Below are positions 8,842 to 19,379 of a stretch of DNA of 64,000 nt, in pieces. The notes under the pieces are model-generated. The model ran no database searches, had not been told where the DNA came from, and saw nothing but the letters and a program-made list of their open reading frames with translations. Position 1 is the stretch's first letter. Every line of letters starts with the position of its first letter. Both the position numbers and the translations under genes were made by a program. The stretch spans positions 18,537 to 82,536 of IMG/VR virus record IMGVR_UViG_3300029305_001221. One strand, written 5' to 3'. The DNA is from a virus (Duplodnaviria > Caudoviricetes).

Positions 8842-9354
8842 ATGAGAATTGAAAATTGGCAGGGTCATGAGATCCGTTTCGTCGAGGTTAGGGGCGAGTG
8901 GTATGCCATTCTTAAAGATATTTGCGACGCCCTGGATCTGAGAACTGATGGTGTAGTTCAGAGACTTGATCCAGACATGATGACGCGAGTGAAGATTGAA
9001 GTATCTGACCCCACTTCAACTGGGGATAGATCCAGAGGCGAAAACAAAACTCGCTGGATGATCGCCGTCAATGAGATCGGTGTCTATGAAGCCCTGTTCG
9101 CTAGCCGACGTCTGGAAGCTCGTCAGCTGAGACGATGGACTGCTACTGTTCTGCAGAAGTTGCGTACTCATGTTGGTCTGCAAGGTTATGAGGTAATGCG
9201 AATGACCGAGACCGAGGTGCAGGAAGACATCGACGCGTTCTTAGACGATCTCTTCTGGGATGAGGATAAGAAAATGCTTATGATGAGCGTCACTGTTGCC
9301 GGTGGCGATGTCGAGCAGGTTCCGTTCGAGGATCAGGATTTGTTTAAGGATTGA
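8842..9354 (+). CDS. BRO-N domain protein (antirepressor-like DNA-binding)
   Basis: ENWQGHEIRFVEVRGEWYAILKDICDALDL...VNEIGVYEALFASRRLEARQLRRW is the BRO-N pattern. Confidence 0.85.
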   Translation: MRIENWQGHEIRFVEVRGEWYAILKDICDALDLRTDGVVQRLDPDMMTRVKIEVSDPTSTGDRSRGENKTRWMIAVNEIGVYEALFASRRLEARQLRRWTATVLQKLRTHVGLQGYEVMRMTETEVQEDIDAFLDDLFWDEDKKMLMMSVTVAGGDVEQVPFEDQDLFKD

Positions 9355-9367
9355 AAGGAGATAAAAG

Positions 9368-10024
9368 ATGCGATTTTGTGAAAAGATAGGACCTAAAACT
9401 CATATCAGTCGATATGCTGTTTGTAAAGAGGCATGTGCTCAGTTAGATCTTAAGTACTCGGACGATAATATCGATTCCCTGTATCCGAAGATGATCATGA
9501 AAGAAGCCTTTTTAAACTATTACAATACTCTGCGTGATAACAACCAGCCTATCAGCCATGAGCTGCGAGCAATCGCCGAACGTTACGCACAGCAGGATGT
9601 TGAGTTTACAAAAATCGTCGAAAGAAGGATTAATGAAATGAAAAATAAACATCGCATGCCCCAGATCAAAAACGTCATCTTCAATGACCCCGCGACTATC
9701 GTGCTCTGGGAAGATGGCACCAAGACCGTAGTCAAGTGCGGTGACTATGATATTTACGATCCTGAAAAGGGTCTGGCCATGGCTATCGCCAAGAAGACTC
9801 TCGGTAATCAGGGTAGCTATTATGAAACCTTCAAGAAGTGGTTGCCTGAAGAAGGCGAATGGGATACCACTCAGCCGTTTATCGATGAAAAGTCTCGTCT
9901 TGACGTAGAAACTGCGTATAAGATGCTGGTCGAGGTAGCTAGAAATAAGAAAGCGACTAAAGCGGATCTTGCTATGGCGATTGGAGACGCCATTGGTTAT
10001 CTTGGGGAGGTGCTGGCCGAATGA
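9368..10024 (+). CDS. Conserved phage protein with IFNDPATIV-W-DGTKTVVKC-DPEKGLAMAIAKK domain
   Basis: Same domain recurs in 14665-15636. Confidence 0.8.
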   Translation: MRFCEKIGPKTHISRYAVCKEACAQLDLKYSDDNIDSLYPKMIMKEAFLNYYNTLRDNNQPISHELRAIAERYAQQDVEFTKIVERRINEMKNKHRMPQIKNVIFNDPATIVLWEDGTKTVVKCGDYDIYDPEKGLAMAIAKKTLGNQGSYYETFKKWLPEEGEWDTTQPFIDEKSRLDVETAYKMLVEVARNKKATKADLAMAIGDAIGYLGEVLAE

Positions 10025-10740
10025 AAGGTAAACATGTGACAACTGCTGAAAGGAACACTCAGGGCATTATCTGGATCGCTATCGTCACTCTTCTGCTGTC
10101 TACTTTATGTTTCAACCGTGTCGTTATCAACTTGGAAAGCGAACTCGCAGCCCTTCAGGAAAGTTACAACGAACTGGTAGAAGAAGTGGAAGCTTTAAAA
10201 ACTGATATTTCTGAACCTATCGTCAAAACCGTTTATCTTGGCCCGAGCCCCGAAGCTGTTATGGAACCGGAAGTCATTGAGGTAATCGAAGAAGAGTCTG
10301 TCGAGTTTCCTGAATTAGATGAGTCGTATGACGAAGCGGCAATTTATCTGGCAAAGACCGTTTGGGGAGAGGCTAGAGGATGCTCCACTACTGAGCAGAG
10401 TGGGGTTATTTGGTGTATTCTGAATCGAGTCGACAGCGACCTGTCCTATATGCCGAACGACATCATTAGCGTTATTACGCAGAAAGATGCGTTCCATGGA
10501 TATAGTTCAAAACATCCAACAATCGATGACGAGGGTCAAGACCTGGTGGAGTTAAGCAAGGATGTCATTCAACGATGGCTTGCTGAAAAAGAAGGGATCG
10601 AAGACGTCGGACGTGTTTTGCCTGAGGAATATCTCTACTTCGCATCTGACGGCAAGGGTCATAATCGATTCCGAAGCGAATACAAAGGTACTGATTACTG
10701 GGATTGGTCGTTAGAAAGTCCTTACGAGGAGGTAGGTTAA
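10021..10740 (+). CDS. Membrane-anchored SleB-like cell-wall hydrolase (Hydrolase_2)
   Basis: N-terminal TM helix and coiled coil; LAKTVWGEARG...VIWCILNRV...VITQKDAF...YLYF. Confidence 0.8.
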   Translation: MKGKHVTTAERNTQGIIWIAIVTLLLSTLCFNRVVINLESELAALQESYNELVEEVEALKTDISEPIVKTVYLGPSPEAVMEPEVIEVIEEESVEFPELDESYDEAAIYLAKTVWGEARGCSTTEQSGVIWCILNRVDSDLSYMPNDIISVITQKDAFHGYSSKHPTIDDEGQDLVELSKDVIQRWLAEKEGIEDVGRVLPEEYLYFASDGKGHNRFRSEYKGTDYWDWSLESPYEEVG

Positions 10741-10741
10741 T

Positions 10742-10957
10742 ATGATCGAGGCAGGTCAAAAAGTCAAATTCAAACCTTTCGAAGATATGGGTATGAGATT
10801 TCCGAGGATGTTCGATGAGGATACGAGCGGAATTGTCGTATATGTTCACAAAAAACATGGATGGTTTATGGTTGAGTACGGCAATTGTCATAATCGGATC
10901 AGCTTTAAGTTCAGCGATATCGGTAACAACGTACATATTGTAAATGACGAGGAGTAA
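10742..10957 (+). CDS. Hypothetical protein
   Basis: RBS GAGGTAGG; operon packing. Confidence 0.65.
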   Translation: MIEAGQKVKFKPFEDMGMRFPRMFDEDTSGIVVYVHKKHGWFMVEYGNCHNRISFKFSDIGNNVHIVNDEE

Positions 10958-11283
10958 TGCATATTATGAACTTCCATGTTATAGCCGTCGATTTCGACGA
11001 TACGCTTAGTCTCGACGCTAAATGGCCTGATTGCGGTAAGCCAAATGAACCGCTGATTCGACATCTAATAAATCAGCAAAGACGTGGCAGCAAACTAATT
11101 CTCTGGACGTGCCGTTGCGGAGAAGATCTTGATGCTGCTATCGCTTGGTGCAAGGAGCATGGTCTTAATTTCGACGCCGTGAATGACAATATCCCGGAGG
11201 CTATTGAACTATTCAAGGATAATAGTCGGAAAGTATTTGCTCACGTCTATATCGATGATAAGAACTCATACATGAGGTGGTAA
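10957..11283 (+). CDS. HAD-superfamily phosphatase (BT0820-like, capless)
   Basis: IAVDFDDTL motif I, LWTCR motif II, KVFAHVYIDDK motifs III/IV. Confidence 0.85.
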   Translation: MHIMNFHVIAVDFDDTLSLDAKWPDCGKPNEPLIRHLINQQRRGSKLILWTCRCGEDLDAAIAWCKEHGLNFDAVNDNIPEAIELFKDNSRKVFAHVYIDDKNSYMRW

Positions 11284-11305
11284 AAACATTTTAAAATTTC
11301 TTTTT

Positions 11306-11334
11306 AAGGGCTGCTGTAGGAGGGCGGCCCTTTT
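11306..11334 (+). terminator. Intrinsic terminator
   Basis: AAGGGCTGC...GCGGCCCTTTT. Confidence 0.65.
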
Positions 11335-11356
11335 ATAATTTGAAAGGAGAAAAAAT

Positions 11357-13411
11357 ATGGAATTCATGAAGGTTAAGGAAAGACTGGCAGCCAACTTCGC
11401 AAACGTGCTGGGCGATAAGTATCTGCTCGAGGTTGAGTTGGATAAGGACGAGCTGTGGAACGTCTATCTCGATAGCTTCCCCGAGGGCACCAACCCTATC
11501 TATCGTACTCGTCGAGAATACGACTGTAGCTGCTGCCGACACTTCATCAAGAATATTGGCGGCACCGTGTTTATCGATGAGAATCTTGAAGTTCACACTA
11601 TCTTTGAGTTTGATACCGATAGCGCTGTGTTCCAGCCTGTAATGGATGCTCTAGATACTTTCGTCAAGAGCAAGCCCATTGCAGATCTGTATCTGAGCAA
11701 TGATCGTACTGTTGGTACTGATAAGTCTCGCGAACTCAGCCCTGGTGGTTCCGTCATTGTATGGGATCATTTCTTCCTGAGACTGCCCGATCAGTGCATT
11801 ACTCGTGGCGATTATCGAGACAGTATCGGCACTCTGAAGGGTCGTTTCCGCGATCGTCGAAATGTCTTCAAGCGGTCTCTGGATGAGATCAGCATGGATG
11901 CTATCGACACTGTCCTGGAACTGATCGCCTCTAACACTCTGTACAAGGGTGAAGAGTGGAAAAATAACCTCAATATCCTCAAGGAACATAAGACCGCATA
12001 TGAGAATCTTTCTGACGAAAAGAAAGAACTGTATACCTGGTATCACGCTACTACGATCGGCGATGTCCTGGGTAAGATCCGCAACCATTCCATCGGCGTC
12101 CTGCTGACTGATATTTCTGAAGGCATGGAGCTGGATGCTGCGGTGAGACGTTATGAAAAGATCGTCGCCCCCTCTAACTACAAGCGCCCCAAAGCTATCT
12201 TCACTAAGCGTATGCTGGAGGATGCGAAGAAGACCATTACCGAACTTGGTTATATGGATTCTCTGCAGCGCAGATACGCCACTCTGGATGATATCACCGT
12301 AAATAATATTCTGTTCTCCAATCGCGATGCGGCTAAGCGTATTGCTGGCGATGTATTCGATGACATGATGGCCGACATCCCAGTAAAGCAGTTCTCCAAA
12401 ATCGAAGAAGTCAGCGTAGATAAGTTCGTGTCTGATATTCTCCCCACTGCTAAGGAAATCGAAGTTCTGCTGGAAAATAAGCATGCTCAGAACATGGTTT
12501 CTCTGATTGCTCCCGTTAATAAAGACGCTAAGACCATGTTCAAGTGGGACAACGGTTTCAGCTGGGCATATTCCGGTAACATCACCGATAGCGACATGCG
12601 TGAACGTGTTAAGAATGCCGGTGGTAACGTCGATGGCGTCCTGCGTTTCAGCATTCAGTGGAATGACATCGAAGGCGCAGTGCATGACGGAAATGACCTG
12701 GATGCGCACTGTATTACTCCCTGTGGTCGGGCTGACCATATTTTCTTTGGTCATAAGCATTCCATTAGTACCGGCGGTTTCCTGGACGTCGATATCATTA
12801 ATCCTATTCCTGGCAAGCCTGCGGTTGAGAATATCGCATGGTCTACTAAGAACCACATGATTCCCGGAGAATATGCGTTCTTCGTGAATTGTTATAGCAA
12901 TCGAGGTGGACGAAACGGTTTCCGAGCCGAGATTGAGTTCGACGGCAAGATTTATAGCTATGACTATAAGAATACTCTGCGCACTGGAGAAAACGTTGTC
13001 GTCGCAACCGTCATTCTGGATAAGAACGGCAACTTCGCCATTAAGGAAAAGCTGAAGTCTACTCAGGCTTCTCGTGAGGTCTGGGGTCTGAAGACTAATA
13101 CCTTCATTCCTGCTACGGTTGTTATGTATTCGCCTAACTACTGGGATGATCAGCAGGGTATCGGTCATAGACATTATTTCTTCATGCTCAAGGACTGTGT
13201 AAACCCCGAGAATCCCAATTCCTTCTACAACGAGTTCCTGAAGCATGACCTGGAGAAGCATAAGCGAGTATTCGAAGCTCTGGGTAGCAAGCTGGCTGTT
13301 AAATCTGCTGATGATCAGCTCTCTGGTCTCGGCTTCAGCGCAACCAAGCGTAACGATCTGACCGTCAAGGTAAAGGGCGCTACTGAACGCGTCATTAAGA
13401 TTAAGTTCTAA
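11357..13411 (+). CDS. Large conserved phage protein (684 aa); C-terminal YfaP-like domain possible
   Basis: YDCSCCRHF cysteine cluster; SIQW...DLDAHC...GGFLDVD...VENI pattern; strongly biased codon usage. Confidence 0.7.
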   Translation: MEFMKVKERLAANFANVLGDKYLLEVELDKDELWNVYLDSFPEGTNPIYRTRREYDCSCCRHFIKNIGGTVFIDENLEVHTIFEFDTDSAVFQPVMDALDTFVKSKPIADLYLSNDRTVGTDKSRELSPGGSVIVWDHFFLRLPDQCITRGDYRDSIGTLKGRFRDRRNVFKRSLDEISMDAIDTVLELIASNTLYKGEEWKNNLNILKEHKTAYENLSDEKKELYTWYHATTIGDVLGKIRNHSIGVLLTDISEGMELDAAVRRYEKIVAPSNYKRPKAIFTKRMLEDAKKTITELGYMDSLQRRYATLDDITVNNILFSNRDAAKRIAGDVFDDMMADIPVKQFSKIEEVSVDKFVSDILPTAKEIEVLLENKHAQNMVSLIAPVNKDAKTMFKWDNGFSWAYSGNITDSDMRERVKNAGGNVDGVLRFSIQWNDIEGAVHDGNDLDAHCITPCGRADHIFFGHKHSISTGGFLDVDIINPIPGKPAVENIAWSTKNHMIPGEYAFFVNCYSNRGGRNGFRAEIEFDGKIYSYDYKNTLRTGENVVVATVILDKNGNFAIKEKLKSTQASREVWGLKTNTFIPATVVMYSPNYWDDQQGIGHRHYFFMLKDCVNPENPNSFYNEFLKHDLEKHKRVFEALGSKLAVKSADDQLSGLGFSATKRNDLTVKVKGATERVIKIKF

Positions 13412-13472
13412 AAATCCTCATTAGCATTCGGACTATTCTCATCATTATTCAAATAGAAAAGGAGAAAAAACT

Positions 13473-13865
13473 ATGAACATTCGTGTTGAAAACATTTTTG
13501 AGATGGCTACCCGCAATAAGTATCGTTTCCCCTACAAGGGCATGATCTCCGTGGAAGACCTGTGGGATCTGAACCAGACTCAGCTGGACAGCATCTACAA
13601 GGCTCTGAATAAGGAAGTTAAGGCAAACCAGGAAGATTCTCTGATGTTCTCTCAGACTCAGACCGATCTGGATCTGCAGGCTAAGATCGACATCGTGAGA
13701 CATATTTACACTACTAAGGAGCAGGATGCTGCACGCCGTTCCGCTGCTGCTGAGAACGCTGAGAAGAAGCGTCGCATTCTGGAGATCCTGGAACAGAAGC
13801 AGGAAGACTCTCTGAAGAATAAGTCCGAGGACGAGCTCCTCAAGATGCTGAACGAAATCGGCTAA
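13473..13865 (+). CDS. Conserved small coiled-coil protein, probable partner of the 684-aa protein
   Basis: IFEMATRNKYRFPYKGMISVEDLWDL; same codon bias as the neighbour. Confidence 0.75.
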   Translation: MNIRVENIFEMATRNKYRFPYKGMISVEDLWDLNQTQLDSIYKALNKEVKANQEDSLMFSQTQTDLDLQAKIDIVRHIYTTKEQDAARRSAAAENAEKKRRILEILEQKQEDSLKNKSEDELLKMLNEIG

Positions 13866-13925
13866 GAAAAAAAAAAGACCGGCACCGCAGCGGTATATCT
13901 GCGGCCCATTTGAAAGGAGAAGGGT

Positions 13926-16674
13926 ATGACTGATATTTACAAACGTCTCGGTTTTAAACAACCAGCCTTTTTAGAAAATCATGTTGGAATTCGAATCTAT
14001 ATCGGTTCCATTGGTAAAGATGACTGGACGGTCGTAATCCCTAAGGAAATTGCTCAGAAAAAATGTCCGAATTACACTTTGCAGTCCGATTATGTGAACT
14101 ATCTGGTTACGGAATCTGAAGCGCTTAGAATTGCCGAGGAATTCACCACGTTGGCTGAAAGGAGAAAAGACTATCGAGCGCCTACTTCTTCTAAGCCTAA
14201 GAGCGAACGGTTGATCCTAGAGCCTGATAAATATGCAGATGCTGACTGGGAAACTATCGTGAATGCTTTCGGTATGGCACATGCTGAGCAAATCATTATC
14301 GAAGACTGCACGATATATTATTGAAAAGGAGACCAGTATGAACGACCCTAAGGAAATGTTGAATAACATGTTCGAAGCTTATAGACATCGACAGGATTAT
14401 AAAGACGATTCGATGGTGGAGATCATGTGCAAACGTGAAAAATTCGAACAGAATCTCGATGATATTTGGCATAATATCAGTTTCAATGCTAAACAGATCG
14501 TGGAGTATAAAAAGGCCGTAAAGCAGATCAAAGAAGCCGGTCTGGTTGTGATGCGTAACAGCGTTGGTAAACACAAGATTGTTTATAAGAAGTAAGAGGA
14601 GTAACTTATGATTTTGTTTTCACAAAGACGCAAGCTCGAAATCCTAATCGAAAAGGAGTAAAGCATGTTATACAACAATAGAACATGGAATAAGGTACTG
14701 GAGAAAACTATGAACACTGGTAAGTGGAAAGTTATCGAAGCAACTATCGAACAAGAACTTTACGGAACAGATGAGCTTCAAGTTCGTATCGTGAAAGACG
14801 GCATGTATCCTTATTGCAGTTTTGATGATATCAAGAAAGATGTTGAAGCTAAACTGAATCCTCCTGAAGAGTTTTGGCCTAAAGAAAACCCTCATATTTA
14901 TATTTCCTCGGCTCGTGCCTGTGGGAAATCTATGTCTCAGTTAGAAATCTATAAGGAGTTGTTTAATAGTATGTATGGTTCTAGAAAAGCAATTTACAAA
15001 CCCTATATCGATCCTATGGAAATCAAAGACGTCATCTTCAACGACCCTGCGACTATTGTCTTCTGGGCTGACGGTACTAAGACTGTCGTGAAATGCCAGG
15101 AAGGCGACGAGTTCGATCCCGAGAAGGGTCTGACTATGGCTATCGCTAAGAAGGTCTATGGCAACAAGGGCTCCTACTGCAACGCGATCAAGAAGTGGAC
15201 TGAGCCTTATCATGAGAAGCAGCAAGAAAAGAACGATCTGGTAGCAAAAATCTGCGATCTCGGTAAGAAGGCAAGTGCAGCATTGGCGGCGTTGACTATT
15301 GCTGAAACGGCGATCGTTAACGCAAAGAAGCGTGAAGAAAAGCATTATACCCTGGTTACAGATAATACTTTTAACTACGACGAAGTCATTTTCGATACTA
15401 GAGGGGACGCCGAAAAGTGTCTTGATATCCTCAAAGATCTCATCGAAACGTATGGTTGTGCGACAGTTGCAGATATGTATGAAGCTTCGGGTATCGAAGA
15501 TGTTGTGCACTATATGATGAATAGGTACGGCTGGACTAGTCTTAAAGACTCCAAAATTTATCGGTCTCGTCATGGTTATATTATCGATCTTCCTAAAGCA
15601 ACGCTGATCGGTTCCGAAGAGAGTGATTCTAAGTGAAAAATGCAGAATACTTCGAGAAAATGTTGACTGAACTAACAGAGACCCTGACCGATGATCATTT
15701 CATTGACGACGAAGGTAATTTGATGTTCTGCGAGAGATCAGAAGGTAGCGCTAGGATCGATTTCGATAATCCTCGAAAAGAAGTCAGTACTCTTACCGTG
15801 GATTTGGATAGCGTGGACATTGCTCTCGAGATGGAGATGTTGGACGAGTATTATGCGAAGCATGATCCCTACCATGACTACAAAGCCGGTAGGGTATTAC
15901 AGATGATGAAAGAGAAAGGATTTATGTCATGAGCTGTAAAACTTGCGGTAATGCAATATTCGATGCGCTTTGGGGTGACTGGAAGTGCTCGGTACATAAG
16001 AGACTATGTCGTAAGACGGAGCTAGATGAAGGCTGCGATAAGTATAAAAATGGAAAACCTAAGGAGTCTGCTTCGAATGCGGAATATAGGCGGAGTCACG
16101 AAGAGGAGACGAAATAATGAGCGGCTATATGTCTAAGAAAAATGCATATAAGAACGAAGCACTTACCGCGGCTATGGAACTTAATTACGGTAAGGACGTT
16201 CTCGATGCAATTCAAGCAGCCAAGACTGATGCTGAAATTACTCGGATTTTGTCGACTGCTAGAAATGGTGGGTATAAGAAGGAGAAGTAAAGATGGATCT
16301 TAATCTCAACAAATGTTTGGAATGTAAGTATATCTTCTTTTCCTGGTGCGCTAAACGTGGAAATATCGCTGATCATGATATTTGTAAGGATTGCGATATG
16401 AGTACGGGCGATGGTTGCCACTGTCTTACCGTTGATAATTCTGATGAATGCGAACGTTTTATACCTAAGGAGGAATCTGATGAGAATTAAAAGAGATGAA
16501 CCCGTTGACGTGACCGTTCATTATGAATATGAATGTTCCGTCTGTCATGCATGTGTTACTGAAACTGAGAATTACTGTGCTGTGTGTGGAACTCAATTGG
16601 ATGAGACTCTGATTGCGGTTGCTGTCGCGACGGTTAAGGAGAATTCTGATGAGTCGCATAAAAGAGGTGATTAA
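13926..16674 (+). other. Small hypothetical CDS cluster: 13926-14324, 14338-14595, 14665-15636 (NDPATIV domain), 15633-15932, 15929-16117, 16293-16490, 16480-16674
   Basis: Contiguous + strand ORFs with RBSs; several Cys-rich. Confidence 0.75.
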
Positions 16675-16675
16675 T

Positions 16676-16948
16676 ATGGCATATGCGAATAGGGGTCTGT
16701 CTTGCCCTAAGTGTGAGCACAAGACGTTTATTTCAGACAGTGTTGCAGATAAGGAAAACAATGAAATCTATAGAGAGCGGACTTGCACTAATCCTAAGTG
16801 CTGTAATGTCTTCTTTACTAGTGAATTTATTGTTGAGGACAATGCAGTATTCCGCGAGTTGTGGCACGAAATGAAACGCCAATATAATCGGAATCAGAAA
16901 AAAGAAAGGGAGAAACGAGATGCCGATCAAGACCGACGAACTCTGTAA
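16676..16948 (+). CDS. NrdR-like zinc-ribbon protein (no ATP cone)
   Basis: CPKCEHKTFISDS...IYRERTCTNPKCCNVFFTSE resembles the NrdR N-terminal ribbon. Confidence 0.55.
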   Translation: MAYANRGLSCPKCEHKTFISDSVADKENNEIYRERTCTNPKCCNVFFTSEFIVEDNAVFRELWHEMKRQYNRNQKKEREKRDADQDRRTL

Positions 16949-17867
16949 GCAGTGTAAGTATAGCACCAAACACGATTGTTACGTAAACAAAGGATGTTAC
17001 GGATGCAATATGAAAGACCGCAAAACAGGTCGTTGCATCTGTCTTACCATCAAAGAAGGCGCGAACTGCAATCGATTTATCCCTTATGACCAGAATATGA
17101 AAGGAGAAAAAGAAATGAAGAATAACTTATTCGTTGACAATTGCGGCGATACTCTGGATTTGAGTAAAATGGCCTCGGCTATCGGAACCTTTGATCCGTA
17201 TAAAATTTCTTATGATCCGTCCCTCACTTCCATTCATATCGGAGCTGGTCCTGCTAGTGAACCCAAAAAGCCTGAGGAATGGATCTGGGTTGTCGGCTAT
17301 AAGGGGACCAATAGCGATATGTCTTGTCGAGATGTCAAGTATGAGATCGGTAAGCAGTTCGATATGCCTGAAGACTCTGAAATCGAAGCGTGTCGCAACG
17401 GCTATCATCTGTGTATGAACCTGCGCGATGTGTTCGGATATTATGAGATCGGCAAAGGTCATCGATTCTTTGAGGTTAAGGCTCTGGTTCGAAAGAGCGA
17501 TATTGCTAATTATCCCGCATACACTCAGAGACCGTATACCGGCAACAGTAATATGAGTTTGTGGAGTGTAGATTCTCGAAAGCTCGCAGCCAAGTCTATC
17601 GAATTTGTCAGAGAATGCACTCTCGACGAGATCTTCAAGGACACTATTGCTGCCGACTGGGATGAGAAGTATAAGAAGATGGCTCTGACTAGCGGTATCG
17701 GTGAGACCGAGAGTATGATTCAGGTTGAGGAGCTGACTCAGTATGGATATTCTCTGCCGTTTGCCGATTATATCATTCAACAGGGTCGTTATGAGCAGGC
17801 CAAAGCCGTCGGTTCTCAGTCTGATCTGAGCATGGATATGAAGGCTCTGTGGATTTTAAAAATGTGA
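16920..17867 (+). CDS. Conserved phage protein (Cys-rich N-terminus + GYKG...C-NG-H-C domain); internal start possible at 17115
   Basis: GYKGTNSDMSCRDVKYEIG...EACRNGYHLC...VFGYY...RFFEV. Confidence 0.7.
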   Translation: MPIKTDELCKQCKYSTKHDCYVNKGCYGCNMKDRKTGRCICLTIKEGANCNRFIPYDQNMKGEKEMKNNLFVDNCGDTLDLSKMASAIGTFDPYKISYDPSLTSIHIGAGPASEPKKPEEWIWVVGYKGTNSDMSCRDVKYEIGKQFDMPEDSEIEACRNGYHLCMNLRDVFGYYEIGKGHRFFEVKALVRKSDIANYPAYTQRPYTGNSNMSLWSVDSRKLAAKSIEFVRECTLDEIFKDTIAADWDEKYKKMALTSGIGETESMIQVEELTQYGYSLPFADYIIQQGRYEQAKAVGSQSDLSMDMKALWILKM

Positions 17868-17877
17868 GGTGTGATGT

Positions 17878-18762
17878 ATGGAAATCGTATTCATCTGTGA
17901 CAGCATAAAACAGCGTCAACAGGTATTTAGAATGTTTCAAGAGGTTTATCAGGACGAGCTTCGACATGTTAATTTCCGCGACTATTCGTTCGAGTATAAA
18001 GGATTGTTTACAAAGTTCGTCACCCCGTATAACGAGGAACAGTATCTTCGTGGACGTAGAGATGTCACACTGGCTTATCCCGAACACGTCCTGCCGTTGC
18101 TGAAGAAGCTGTTGAAGGAAAAGGAGAAAACAAAATGAAGCTTATTGACGCCCCTGTCGGATTGTTTATGTACGGTCGAACGATGTGTTTAAAAACCGAA
18201 TATATCGTCGAATGGGGCGTTGAAGCTTATATTGTGTCGACCGGCGAAGCCTTTTGGGGCGGTGTGAAAACTGCAGAAGAACGTAACAATTTAGAGGTTA
18301 CACCCATCAAAGTAAAACCCGTTCGACATGGCCGGTGGAAAAGCATAGGTCTCGCGACACTGAGATGTAGCAGGTGCCGATACGAAGACTTTAATAAAAT
18401 GTATCACAAATATTGTCCCGGCTGTGGGGCTAAAATGGACGGTTGAAAGGAGAGTAAAAATGAGCAAGTACACTGAAATGAAGGAGTTCTATGAAGTAGA
18501 AATAAAAGACCTGAGAAAAGCAGTCGATTATTGGTGTTCGAGAGCTTCCGAACTCGGTTGTGAAAAACGTATGCTCGATGGTAAAGTCGAAATCTATGAA
18601 AAGGTCTTTAGCAAAATTATGGATGGTCCGAATAAACACACCGACGCTGTTGTTATATTCGAAGGAAAGACCTATAGTATTACTGGCTTCAATCTGAACC
18701 ATACCGAGGGTGAGGCTGACACCTTGACCGTCGAGTGTACCAGAGTAAACCTTCCCGGTTGA
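17878..18762 (+). other. Small CDSs: 17878-18138, 18135-18446 (HGRW zinc ribbon), 18460-18762
   Basis: RBSs and operon packing. Confidence 0.72.
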
Positions 18763-18783
18763 TATTTTGAAAGGAGAAGTAAA

Positions 18784-19365
18784 ATGAACTTTAACGACAT
18801 TGTTAGTAACGTCCACGTATACGGTCTCGAAAATGCTATTCGAGGTAGCAAGTTTCCCATGGCTACTGATATTAGCAAACTCACCGATACTCCCACTACG
18901 CGTACCGTTAGCCTTGCTCAGTGTGAGCGGGGTAGTGGTCACGATCAGTTTCTCACCGGTATTATCGTTCAGTTCGATCTGACACTCACTGTTAAGGCTT
19001 GGACCGAAGCTGAGCGTTACCATTTCCTCGATTTTATTTCCAGCCAATCTACCATGCACCGTATTGCTAAATTTGACCTCGATAAGCAGTACATCACCTA
19101 TACGGATCCCCGTATTATCGAAATCATGAACGAGCTTAAAGATCGTTATAATGAGAGTCAGGATCCTGAGGACTATCTCCGTTTGTTATATTCCAATCCT
19201 TGTGGATTCAAACTCACTGCCGCAATGACTACTAATTATCGTCAGCTCAAGACTATCTATGCTCAGCGTAAGACGCACCGACTTCCGGAATGGAGAGCTC
19301 TGGCGGCATGGATCGAAACGCTCCCCGAAAGCTGGATGATTACTGGTGCTCCTCATAACGTGTGA
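18784..19365 (+). CDS. ThyX-like (flavin-dependent thymidylate synthase-related) protein
   Basis: GHDQFLTGIIVQFDL...EAERY...SQSTMHR...TNYRQLKTIYAQRKTHRLPEWR resembles divergent phage ThyX; canonical RHRx7S motif absent. Confidence 0.6.
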   Translation: MNFNDIVSNVHVYGLENAIRGSKFPMATDISKLTDTPTTRTVSLAQCERGSGHDQFLTGIIVQFDLTLTVKAWTEAERYHFLDFISSQSTMHRIAKFDLDKQYITYTDPRIIEIMNELKDRYNESQDPEDYLRLLYSNPCGFKLTAAMTTNYRQLKTIYAQRKTHRLPEWRALAAWIETLPESWMITGAPHNV

Positions 19366-19379
19366 AAGGAGAAAAAAAC

